Shown in pieces: positions 30,534 to 39,065 of a stretch of DNA of 64,000 bases. Origin of the DNA: an uncultured Verrucomicrobiota bacterium (GTDB lineage: Bacteria > Verrucomicrobiota > Verrucomicrobiia > Limisphaerales > UBA9464); contig CAIJLV010000103.1 in the NCBI GenBank assembly GCA_903821635.1, positions 13,231 to 77,230 of the forward strand, given 5' to 3'. Both the position numbers and the translations under genes were made by a program. Within the stretch, counting starts at the first letter, position 1, and every line of letters begins with the position of its first letter. Below the pieces are notes generated by a model that saw nothing but the letters and a program-made list of their open reading frames with translations, ran no database searches and was not told the origin of the DNA.

Positions 30534-32402
30534 ATGCGTTTTTCTTTCTTCAAGACAATCGCCCTACTGTGGGTGGGGGGCGTGGCGTTGGCGGCGGAGG
30601 ACCGCTTCCTGCGCGACGTGCAGCCGCTGCTGAAACAGCATTGCTACGACTGCCATCGCGGGGCCAAGGCGAAGGGCGGGGTGAACCTCGCCGCCTTTAC
30701 AAACACCGCCTCGCTTTACGCGAATCCCAAGCTCTGGGAGACGAGCATCCGCCAGATCGAAGATCGCCAGATGCCGCCCAAGGATGAAGAACAACCCGCG
30801 GAAGCCGTGCGGCTCAAGCTAGCGGAAACGCTCACCGAACTGCTCGACAATCCGGCCCCGGAATTCGTCGTGCGTGATCCTGGCGCCAAACTCATCCACC
30901 GGCTGAACCGCACCGAATATAACCACACGATCCGCGACCTGCTCGGTGTGGACCTGCGGCCGGCGGATCGTTTCCCGGCCGATGGCGGCGGTGGCGGCGG
31001 CTTCGACAACAACGCGGACACGCTGTTCGTGCCGCCGATCCTGATGGAGAAATACCTCGCCGCCGCCGACGAGGTGCTGGCGGCGGCGCGCCCCGAATAC
31101 TTGGTGTTGACCCACCCGGTTTGGTTTCGCCGGGAGCGCGTCGTGGCGGCGGACAACGTGGAGTGGTTTGCCCGCCGCGCGTTTCGCCGGCCGGTGGAGG
31201 CGGAGGAAGTGAACCGCCTGCTCGGGCTATATGACGCGACGCGGGCCCAAGGGCATCCGTTCGCCGTGGCGCTGAAGTCCGCCTACAAAGCCGTGCTGGT
31301 TTCGCCGTCCTTCCTGTTTCGCAGCGAAGGGGAGCAGCCGGGCCAACAGCCGTGGCGCCTCAATGACCACGAACTGGCGGCGCGCCTCAGTTACTTTCTC
31401 TGGTCGTCCCTGCCGGATGCGGAACTGTTCCGGTCGGCCGAGCGCGGCCGCCTGCACGAGCCGGACGAATTGGAGGCTCAGGTGCGCCGTATGCTGCGGG
31501 ATCCCAAGGCGCGCGCACTCGCGGAAAACTTCACCGGTCAATGGCTCGGCACCAAACGCCTGCACACGACCGTGAGTCCGGATCGGCGCCGGTTTCCGCA
31601 GTTCACCGACGGGCTCCGCGACGCGATGGCGGCCGAACCGCTAGAATTCTTCGCCTCGCTGCTGGCTGAGGACGCCAGTCTACTGCGGTTGCTGGATGCG
31701 GATTACACCTTTGCCAATGCGGAGCTTGGTCGCCTCTACGGTTTGACCAACCTAGTCGGCACGAACCTAGTGCGCGTGGTGCTGCCGAACCGCCAGCGCG
31801 GCGGGATCGTGGGCATGGCCGCCGTGCTCACGCAGTCGAGTTATCCGCTGCGCACCAGCCCGGTGTTGCGCGGTCGCTGGATTCTCGAAGAAGTCCTCGG
31901 CACCCCGCCGCCGCCGCCGCCGCCGCTCGTCGCGACGCTGCCGGCGGATGACAAGGTGAAGGAGGGGCTCACCTTCCGGCAACGGCTGGAGAAGCACCGG
32001 CAGGACAAGAATTGCGCCGCCTGCCACGACCGGCTCGACCCGATGGGTTTTGCGTTGGAGAACTTTGATGCCATCGGGCGCTGGCGCACCGAAGTAGACG
32101 GCCAACCGGTGGAAGCCCGCGGCGTGCTGACCAACGGTGAAGAGGTGAACGGACCGGTGGAACTCAAGGCCGCGCTGCTGAAGCGGAAACAACTGTTTCT
32201 GCGGCATCTCACCGAAAAAATGTTGGCCTACGCCCTCGGGCGTGGCTTGGAGCATTATGACGTGATGGCGGTGAAGGAAATCGCCGAGCGCGTGGCGCAG
32301 AGTGACTACCGGGCGACCGCGCTCGTGTTGGAGGTGGCGCGAAGTTATCCGTTCCAGTGGCGGCGCGGCGAACAAGCGCCCCTCGCCGGGGTGGCCAACT
32401 GA
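30534..32402 (+). CDS. DUF1587/DUF1592/DUF1595/DUF1588/DUF1585-type (PSCyt3-like) heme-motif protein
   Basis: Signal peptide MRFSFFKTIALLWVGGVALAA. CxxCH motifs are CYDCH and, near the C-terminus, CAACH. The overall pattern is that of the PVC DUF1592 family. Confidence 0.7.
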   Translation: MRFSFFKTIALLWVGGVALAAEDRFLRDVQPLLKQHCYDCHRGAKAKGGVNLAAFTNTASLYANPKLWETSIRQIEDRQMPPKDEEQPAEAVRLKLAETLTELLDNPAPEFVVRDPGAKLIHRLNRTEYNHTIRDLLGVDLRPADRFPADGGGGGGFDNNADTLFVPPILMEKYLAAADEVLAAARPEYLVLTHPVWFRRERVVAADNVEWFARRAFRRPVEAEEVNRLLGLYDATRAQGHPFAVALKSAYKAVLVSPSFLFRSEGEQPGQQPWRLNDHELAARLSYFLWSSLPDAELFRSAERGRLHEPDELEAQVRRMLRDPKARALAENFTGQWLGTKRLHTTVSPDRRRFPQFTDGLRDAMAAEPLEFFASLLAEDASLLRLLDADYTFANAELGRLYGLTNLVGTNLVRVVLPNRQRGGIVGMAAVLTQSSYPLRTSPVLRGRWILEEVLGTPPPPPPPLVATLPADDKVKEGLTFRQRLEKHRQDKNCAACHDRLDPMGFALENFDAIGRWRTEVDGQPVEARGVLTNGEEVNGPVELKAALLKRKQLFLRHLTEKMLAYALGRGLEHYDVMAVKEIAERVAQSDYRATALVLEVARSYPFQWRRGEQAPLAGVAN

Positions 32403-32520
32403 CCGCTCTGCACGGGTTTCACCGTGCCACCGCCGTGCCGGCTGGCAGGAGCCCCGCCCCGTTGTGGGGTAGGCTTCCTTTGCGGTTGCCGCGGCGCGCG
32501 AGTTTTCCGACGGTTCGCCC

Positions 32521-33210
32521 ATGTATTCCCCCGCCGATCTCTTTGACCTGACCCAGACGGAACACGCCGCCCTATTTGACGACTGCACCTATTCTTGGGA
32601 GGTGCTCCGCAAGCTCGCCGCTTACTGCCTTCACCGCGCCAAACCAGTGCAACTCCATCGCGCCATGGGCGCGGTCCACATCGGGGAACACGTCCAGATC
32701 GGAGAAGGCACGGTGCTCGAACCTGGCGTCATGATCGTCGGGCCGGCCATCATTGGGAAAAACTGCATCCTACGGCACAATGCCTACATCCGCGAAAACG
32801 CCGTCATCGGGGACGACTGCACCGTGGGAAATTCGTGTGAAGTGAAGAATTCGCTGCTCTTTAACGGTGCCCAAGTGCCCCACTTCAACTATGTGGGCGA
32901 CTGCGTGCTGGGCTACAAGGCGCACCTCGGAGCCGGCGCCGCCCTGTCCAACCTCAAGTTGGATGAATCCAACGTCTGGGTCGAAGGCCCCGAAGGCGTG
33001 CCCCTCGACACCGGTCTCCGCAAGTTCGGCGCGTTGCTCGCCGACTATGTGGACGTCGGTTGCAACGCCGTGCTGAACCCCGGTTCCGTCATTGGCCGGC
33101 ACTCGATGATCTACCCCAACCTCTCGTGGCGCGGTTACCTGCCCGCCAACATGATTGCGAAACACAAGGCCCGCCCCGACGTCGTGGTCCTGCGTCCGCG
33201 TGGGCTTTAA
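32521..33210 (+). CDS. Left-handed beta-helix (hexapeptide repeat) acyltransferase-like protein, GlmU C-terminal-like
   Basis: Repeated [LIV]-G-x4 hexapeptides: IGEHVQIGEGTVLEPGVMIVGPAIIGKNCILRHNAYIRENAVIGDDCTVGN. Confidence 0.7.
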   Translation: MYSPADLFDLTQTEHAALFDDCTYSWEVLRKLAAYCLHRAKPVQLHRAMGAVHIGEHVQIGEGTVLEPGVMIVGPAIIGKNCILRHNAYIRENAVIGDDCTVGNSCEVKNSLLFNGAQVPHFNYVGDCVLGYKAHLGAGAALSNLKLDESNVWVEGPEGVPLDTGLRKFGALLADYVDVGCNAVLNPGSVIGRHSMIYPNLSWRGYLPANMIAKHKARPDVVVLRPRGL

Positions 33211-33242
33211 GCCGGGCGCCGGAAGCCGCGGCGGGGGCCGCG

Positions 33243-36200
33243 TCAGGGGGCGGTGACTCGCACCCATGCGGAAGCGCCACTGACCGGCACGGAAACCGTC
33301 TTCGTCGCGCCGTCGCCGGCGAAGGTCTGGACGGGAGTCCAGACCGGGAGGTTGATGTTCTCCGCTTGTTCCACCCGGTAGCTGACCCCTTTGACCGTGG
33401 GCAGACTGAACTGGAGTGCTCCGCCTGCCGCGGCGAACTGGGCGAGCGTGATGGGACCGGGTTCGGGATTACCGCCCGTGGTCACGGTCAGCGCCACCGG
33501 CGCAGCGCGCACACTGCCGCCGCCGATGCCCGAGACGAGGGCGACATAATTGCCGCTGTTGACGGGTTGGGCGTTCGTAAATTCGAGCACTGAGTTGGTC
33601 TGACCCGCCAAGGTTACGCCCTCCTTGAGCCAAGTGTAGCGGTATTGAGTGAACCCGGTGGCCGCGACCGAGAATCTCGCGGTGCCGCCAGCGGCCACCG
33701 AAACCGACGTCGGCGACTGCGTGAGGATCGGCACCACTGAGACGCTGACGGCGTTGGTCACCGCGCCGGCCGCATTGCCCACGACGACGTCGTAGGCACC
33801 GTGTTCATTGGTGGTGACTTGGTTCAGCGTCAGGGCACTGCCGGTTGCGTCGGCGAGAGGCAACCTAGCTTTGCGCCATTGGTAAGTCAGTGGGCCGGTG
33901 CCGGCGGCAATGACGCTCAACGTGGTCGAACCGCCGATGGGCACCGTGACGACCGCCGCGGGCAGAATGCCAAACCCGAGCGGCCGCGTCGGTGCCGCCG
34001 TCAGCGTCAACAACGCCGGGGCACTGGTGACCGAACCGCGGGCGTTGGACAGCACGACGTCGTAGTGGCCGAGATCCTTGGCCGCCGGGGAATACACGGT
34101 GAACACCGACTGGGTTGCCCCCATCACCGGTTGGCCGGCGTGGCGCCACTGGTAAGCGAGCGGACCTTCGCCGGTGGCGGCCACCGAGAACACCGCTGGC
34201 ACCGTGGCCGGTCCGGTCACGGGGCGGGGTTGGGCGAGGAGGCGCGGCGCGCCGGTGGTGGCTTCACCGAAACAGCCATAGACGCCGATCAGGCCATCCT
34301 GAAATTCCACGCCCACGGTCACGTCATTGCCCTGCGCCTCGACGTCGAAGAAGCGTTTCACGCGCCGGCAGTCGATGACCGACCCGGTGTTGGCGACCAC
34401 TTCCGTTATTCCATCGGTCCAGCGCGTGACGCTGCCCGAATTACCGAAGTAAACCTGCCGCGGGCCGCCCGCGACGAGAAAGTCGCCGTTGCCTAACACG
34501 CGGGCGGTGCCATCCGCCTCAAAGGCCACGATCCGGTTCTGCGTGCTGACAGAGACGCGGATCCCCACCACGGCGAAGACGAGTCCGCCCTCCACGTCCA
34601 CGTCGCCGAACGTCATCACGGCGTTCGTCAGACCGGGCAAGGTGTCCCCGGAATCCAGCAGTTTGGTGACCTCGACTTCGGGGGTGGCGCGATACACGCC
34701 CCCTTGGCCGGCGAGTCCTTCCATCGTGGAAAAAACCACCGTCGCGCCGTCGAAGTTAACCGAATCCTCCGTCAACCGGCCGCCGTAGCCGGTCATGACG
34801 CCGGGCAGGTCGGTGGTGTTGTCGGCGAGGCGGGTGAGGGTGGTGCCTCGACGCAGATACACGCCCGCGCCGGCCCCGGAGCCGTCGGCTTGGCGCAGGG
34901 TGGCGCTGATGACGACCCCGTCACCCCGCCGGGCAAAAGAGCCGGGCCCGGAGAACGTGACCCCGGGGCGCCCCGGCGCCGGCGTGTTGGTGGTGATCAC
35001 GGCGGTGAGGAGGCCGTTGCGCCGTTCATACATTTCGTGGAACGCGAAGTTCACCGCGCCGTCGCCTTCGTCGGTTGGGTAAAACGGGTAGCTGAAGTTC
35101 TCGCCCGGTTGGCCGCCGGGCACGGCGTCGTTGGTGAACACAAGCGGCGTCACCACGCCGTCCCGCCAGCGCAGCAGCGTGGTTTGGAACGTGGGTTTGT
35201 CTGCGAGATTGTCGTCTGCCCGGGCCGTGGCGTGAACGGTCTGGTTCCACAGCGTGAAGGTCGGTTCGAACGGCGTCTTGAACGGCCCCAGTCGATTCGC
35301 CGTTCCGGGTAGGGGGTCTTCCGTGGCGAAGAGTTTTATCCAAGGCCGGCCGTTGAACGTGCTGTCGAGGGCCACGGCGCAAACCTCCAACCGGGCGGGT
35401 GCACTGAGCACTTGTCCGGCGTTGTTTTGGATCGCCACGCTCCAAACTCCGGCCTGCGTGGCGGTGACATTCGTAAGTGTGATCGTGGGGGCGTTGGCGC
35501 GGCCGGAGCGGAGGCCGTTGAAGAACCACTCGTAGTTCAGCTCCGCGCCCGTCACCGCGACGTTGAAGGTCACGGAATCTCCCTCCAAGACTCGCGCCGG
35601 CAAGGGCTGCGCGGAGATCATCGGCGGGTTGAGGAGGGCCACGGTGGCGACCGCGCTGGTGATTGATCCCAGCGGATTGGAAACCGTGACGCGGTAGTCG
35701 CCCACGTTGGTCGCGCCGATCGGACCGAGGGCCAGCGTGCGCTGGTTGGCGCCGGCCAGCGGCGCACCTCCTTTGAACCACTGGTAGGCCAGTTCAAAGC
35801 CGGCGACCCCGACCGAAAGCGTCGGCGAATTGCCCGCAGTCACGTTGAGGTCGGCGAGATCTTGCCAGAGTCGCGGGGCGATGTTTGGACCCGCGCTGAG
35901 TTCGAACGGCCCGGCGAACTGCTGCGTGCCCGGCACCGAGCTGAGCGTGACGTCCAGCGCGTAGGTGCCGCGGGTCGGAGTGGCGAACGTCAGTCGGTAG
36001 CGGTTGGTGATCCAAAACGGGGTCGCGCCGAACTGGTCGGTCGAGCTGAGCGTCAGCACCGCTTGGTCTGGCCCCACGCCAGCGCGGGTATAGTCCGCCC
36101 GGTTGGTTTTGTAGGTCGGTCCTTCGACTCGGCCGTCGGCCAGCAACCGCGCCGCGTCAATAAAGCCGTTGGGGGCGGTGCGCACGAACACGCGGTTGGC

Positions 36201-36365
36201 GAGTTCGGCGTAACTCGCGGGCTGGGCTTGCGCAGAATGAGCGATTACGAACGCCAGCAGCCCGGCCAATCCCCCCCAAGCGGACCCCAAACGCGCCCAC
36301 CCTCGCCCGTTTTGGCGGGTGCAACTCACTGGATTCGACCCGCCTGCGAAAGCAGAAGTTGTCAT
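33243..36365 (-). CDS. Large secreted multi-Ig-repeat surface protein
   Basis: 1040 aa with an N-terminal signal-like segment. It has at least six Ig-like repeats with G-P-L-x-Y-Q-W and G-x-Y-x-V-V-x-S/N signatures. A central non-Ig region spans about 400 aa. The C-terminal module is SYRVEQAENINLPVWT...AWVRVTAP. Confidence 0.75.
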   Translation of the reverse strand: MTTSAFAGGSNPVSCTRQNGRGWARLGSAWGGLAGLLAFVIAHSAQAQPASYAELANRVFVRTAPNGFIDAARLLADGRVEGPTYKTNRADYTRAGVGPDQAVLTLSSTDQFGATPFWITNRYRLTFATPTRGTYALDVTLSSVPGTQQFAGPFELSAGPNIAPRLWQDLADLNVTAGNSPTLSVGVAGFELAYQWFKGGAPLAGANQRTLALGPIGATNVGDYRVTVSNPLGSITSAVATVALLNPPMISAQPLPARVLEGDSVTFNVAVTGAELNYEWFFNGLRSGRANAPTITLTNVTATQAGVWSVAIQNNAGQVLSAPARLEVCAVALDSTFNGRPWIKLFATEDPLPGTANRLGPFKTPFEPTFTLWNQTVHATARADDNLADKPTFQTTLLRWRDGVVTPLVFTNDAVPGGQPGENFSYPFYPTDEGDGAVNFAFHEMYERRNGLLTAVITTNTPAPGRPGVTFSGPGSFARRGDGVVISATLRQADGSGAGAGVYLRRGTTLTRLADNTTDLPGVMTGYGGRLTEDSVNFDGATVVFSTMEGLAGQGGVYRATPEVEVTKLLDSGDTLPGLTNAVMTFGDVDVEGGLVFAVVGIRVSVSTQNRIVAFEADGTARVLGNGDFLVAGGPRQVYFGNSGSVTRWTDGITEVVANTGSVIDCRRVKRFFDVEAQGNDVTVGVEFQDGLIGVYGCFGEATTGAPRLLAQPRPVTGPATVPAVFSVAATGEGPLAYQWRHAGQPVMGATQSVFTVYSPAAKDLGHYDVVLSNARGSVTSAPALLTLTAAPTRPLGFGILPAAVVTVPIGGSTTLSVIAAGTGPLTYQWRKARLPLADATGSALTLNQVTTNEHGAYDVVVGNAAGAVTNAVSVSVVPILTQSPTSVSVAAGGTARFSVAATGFTQYRYTWLKEGVTLAGQTNSVLEFTNAQPVNSGNYVALVSGIGGGSVRAAPVALTVTTGGNPEPGPITLAQFAAAGGALQFSLPTVKGVSYRVEQAENINLPVWTPVQTFAGDGATKTVSVPVSGASAWVRVTAP

Positions 36366-36401
36366 AGTGACGGCAGGCTAGGCCAGTCTGGTAAGGCCAA
36401 A

Positions 36402-36421
36402 AATACGTAATAATACGTAAT
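36402..36421. repeat. Tandem 2 x 10-bp AATACGTAAT repeat with a TACGTA palindrome in each unit
   Basis: aatacgtaat at 36402-36411 and again at 36412-36421, inside a visibly AT-rich patch. It sits 37 nt upstream of the start at 36365 (minus strand) and about 130 nt upstream of the fabF ATG. Confidence 0.5.
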
Positions 36422-36549
36422 TAAATGACCGGGCCTAAGGGTGAGAAATGATGCGGTCGAAGGAGTTTGCTGGCGGAGGGTTCGGCGAGGGGGGCTTTTT
36501 TTCCTTTGCCCGGCGACGCCTGTTTCCCCGCTAATCCGTCTCCAAATCT

Positions 36550-37806
36550 ATGAGTTCATGGTCTGAACGTCGGGTTGTCGTCACGGGTATCGGTTGCGCG
36601 AGCAGCCTGGGATTGGATGCCGACACGCTGTGGAACAACATTCTCGCCGGCCAATGCGGCATTGATCGCGTCACGGCGTTCGATGTCACGGGCTACGACA
36701 GCCAGATTGCGGCCGAGGTGAAAAACTTCGACCCGAACCCGGCGTTCCCGAACCCCAAGGAAGTGCGCCGCACGGATCGTTTCACCCACTTCGGCGTCTA
36801 CGCCGGCTGGGGTGCCCTCAAGGACTCCGGCCTCGACCTCGAAAAGGAGGATCGCAACGAGATCGGCGTCTATCTCGGTTCGGGCATCGGCGGCCTCTAC
36901 ACCACCGAGGAACAGCACAAGATACTGCTCAACAAGGGGCCGGGCCGCGTCAGCCCGTTCATGATTCCGATGCTGATCCTGAACATGGCGTCCGGCCTGT
37001 TCAGCCTCTACTACAAGCTGCGTGGACCCAATTTTGCCACCTGCACCGCCTGCGCCACCGCCACCCACGCCCTCGGTGAGGCGTGGGCCACGATCAAGCG
37101 TGGCGACGCCACGGTGATGTTCGCCGGCGGCACCGAGGCCACGGTGGTGCCGCTCGGCCTCGCGGGTTTTGCGGCGATGAAGGCGATGAGCACGCGCAAT
37201 GATGAGCCCAAGAAGTCGTCCCGTCCGTTCGACCGGGATCGCGATGGGTTCGTGATGGGCGAAGGCGCAGCGGTCGTCGTATTGGAAGAACTGGAGCACG
37301 CCAAGAAGCGCGGCGCCCGCATCTATTGCGAAGTCGTGGGCTACGGCAACACGGCCGACGCCAACCACATGACCGCCCCGGATCCTGAGGGGGAAGGCGC
37401 TGCTCGGGCCATGCGCATGGCCTTGCGCCACGCGCAGCTCGCGCCGGAGGCGGTGGACTACATCAACTGTCACGCCACCAGCACGCCGGTGGGCGATCTG
37501 TGCGAAATCCGCATGATCAAACATGTCTTCGGCGACCACGCCTACAAGCTGGCAGCGAGCGCCACGAAGAGCATGACCGGCCACATGTTGGGGGCGGCGG
37601 GCGCCATCGAAATGGCCATCTGCTGCAAGGCGGTCGAGGCGCAGGTCGCGCCGCCGACCATCAACCTCGACAACCCCGATCCGGCGGCGGACATCAACCT
37701 CGTTCCGCACACGCCGCAGGAGCGGAAGATCGACGTGTTTACCAACAACTCGTTCGGTTTCGGTGGCCACAACGCCATTGTGATCGGCAAGCGGTTCGTC
37801 GGCTGA
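36550..37806 (+). CDS. fabF: Beta-ketoacyl-ACP synthase II
   Basis: 418 aa. The active-site Cys lies in FATCTACATATHALGEA, and the HATSTPVGD and NSFGFGGHN motifs are present. Confidence 0.95.
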   Translation: MSSWSERRVVVTGIGCASSLGLDADTLWNNILAGQCGIDRVTAFDVTGYDSQIAAEVKNFDPNPAFPNPKEVRRTDRFTHFGVYAGWGALKDSGLDLEKEDRNEIGVYLGSGIGGLYTTEEQHKILLNKGPGRVSPFMIPMLILNMASGLFSLYYKLRGPNFATCTACATATHALGEAWATIKRGDATVMFAGGTEATVVPLGLAGFAAMKAMSTRNDEPKKSSRPFDRDRDGFVMGEGAAVVVLEELEHAKKRGARIYCEVVGYGNTADANHMTAPDPEGEGAARAMRMALRHAQLAPEAVDYINCHATSTPVGDLCEIRMIKHVFGDHAYKLAASATKSMTGHMLGAAGAIEMAICCKAVEAQVAPPTINLDNPDPAADINLVPHTPQERKIDVFTNNSFGFGGHNAIVIGKRFVG

Positions 37807-37821
37807 GGCCCCGCGCCCACG

Positions 37822-37855
37822 AAAAAGGCCGCCGGAAGTTCCGGCGGCCTTTAGT
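37822..37855. terminator. Bidirectional terminator between the convergent fabF and prepilin genes
   Basis: AAAAA-ggccgccgg (37827-37835), loop aagtt, ccggcggcc (37841-37849), then TTT. Confidence 0.7.
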
Positions 37856-37882
37856 TGCGTCGATGCAGAATCGGCGTGGGGC

Positions 37883-38791
37883 TTAGTAGCCGTATTGCCG
37901 GGTGCCGTCCTTGGCGAGCACGTAGCCGGTCCGTTCCTTATACCAAGCGTAGTCGAGCTTGCCGCTGGCATCGAAGGGCAGGGTGGTCGGGTAGGCATAC
38001 TTCACCGCCGTATATTTGGAGGCGCGGCTCAGCCATTTTTTGATTTCGGAATGGCCATCGGCAAAGGAGAAGCCGCACGCCCCGTTGTGGTAGGAGGCGG
38101 GAATGTCCTGCCAGTTGTTCGCGTCCGGGTTGTTGATGAAGTAGCCATCGTTGATCGAGTCAGGATGCTCGTCCAACACCAGCCAAGTCTTGGCCGGAGC
38201 GGGCACGCTGGTTTGCTTCAAGAACTGGAGGCGGTCTTGGAAGCCCCAGTTCTTCCCGGTGGCGGTGGGATCATTGCCAATGCTGAAACGGCCGAAAAAT
38301 GAGTTCATGGCCAGACTGCGGTTGCGTTGTTTCCAGCCTTTGGCGCGCTGCTGGGTTTGCAGGTAGATGTCCGCCGGGCATTTGTAGATGCCGATGGCGC
38401 CTCCGGTGTATTTGCCGAGCACCCCGTTGACCACCCATTCGGCGTTGGTGTTGCTGCGATCCGCCGTGCCGCCGGTGCTGCCCCAAGTCATCACGTTGTT
38501 GACCCAGTTCTGATATTTCTTGGAAACGTCGGCGACTTCGATGGTTTGGATCGTTTCGGAGACCCCGTAGTTGTTGGCCACGGAATCATTGTAATCGGTG
38601 GAGTAAAGGTGCCAGCCGATCGTCAACTGCTTGGTGTTGCTCAGGCAGAGGATGCCTTGGGCCTTGGTTTTGGCCTTGCCCAGAGCGGGCAACAACATGC
38701 CCGCCAAGATGGCGATAATGGCGATGACGACGAGCAGCTCGATCAGGGTGAAACCCCGGCGAGCCGGCGAAGGGAATTTTAGGAGGCGCAT
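37883..38791 (-). CDS. Prepilin-type N-terminal cleavage/methylation domain protein with H-X9-DG motif (DUF1559-like)
   Basis: [31 protein letters not shown] at the N-terminus. [14 protein letters not shown] is the H-X9-DG motif near the C-terminus. The start is set at ATG 38791. Confidence 0.88.
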   Translation of the reverse strand: MRLLKFPSPARRGFTLIELLVVIAIIAILAGMLLPALGKAKTKAQGILCLSNTKQLTIGWHLYSTDYNDSVANNYGVSETIQTIEVADVSKKYQNWVNNVMTWGSTGGTADRSNTNAEWVVNGVLGKYTGGAIGIYKCPADIYLQTQQRAKGWKQRNRSLAMNSFFGRFSIGNDPTATGKNWGFQDRLQFLKQTSVPAPAKTWLVLDEHPDSINDGYFINNPDANNWQDIPASYHNGACGFSFADGHSEIKKWLSRASKYTAVKYAYPTTLPFDASGKLDYAWYKERTGYVLAKDGTRQYGY

Positions 38792-39065
38792 AGGATGAGG
38801 AATTCGCGTTTTGATCCTGCAAGCGGCCGGAGTTGGCAAGGCAGGATTGTCTCCCAACCTACCCTCCGGTCGCGGAAAATCATCACTCCGTGAGCCACTA
38901 ATCTCGTTTTGATGACCCATTGCTTCATTGGGAGATTTGAGTTCGCGTGTATGATAACTCCCAAACAGATGCAACGAAGCGGGGCCCTTGGCAAGGCTGA
39001 GTTTGGGTTTGGGAGCAGGGGCCGCGGGCCGCGGGCGAAAAGGCCGTCACACGGCTGGCGGGGCG

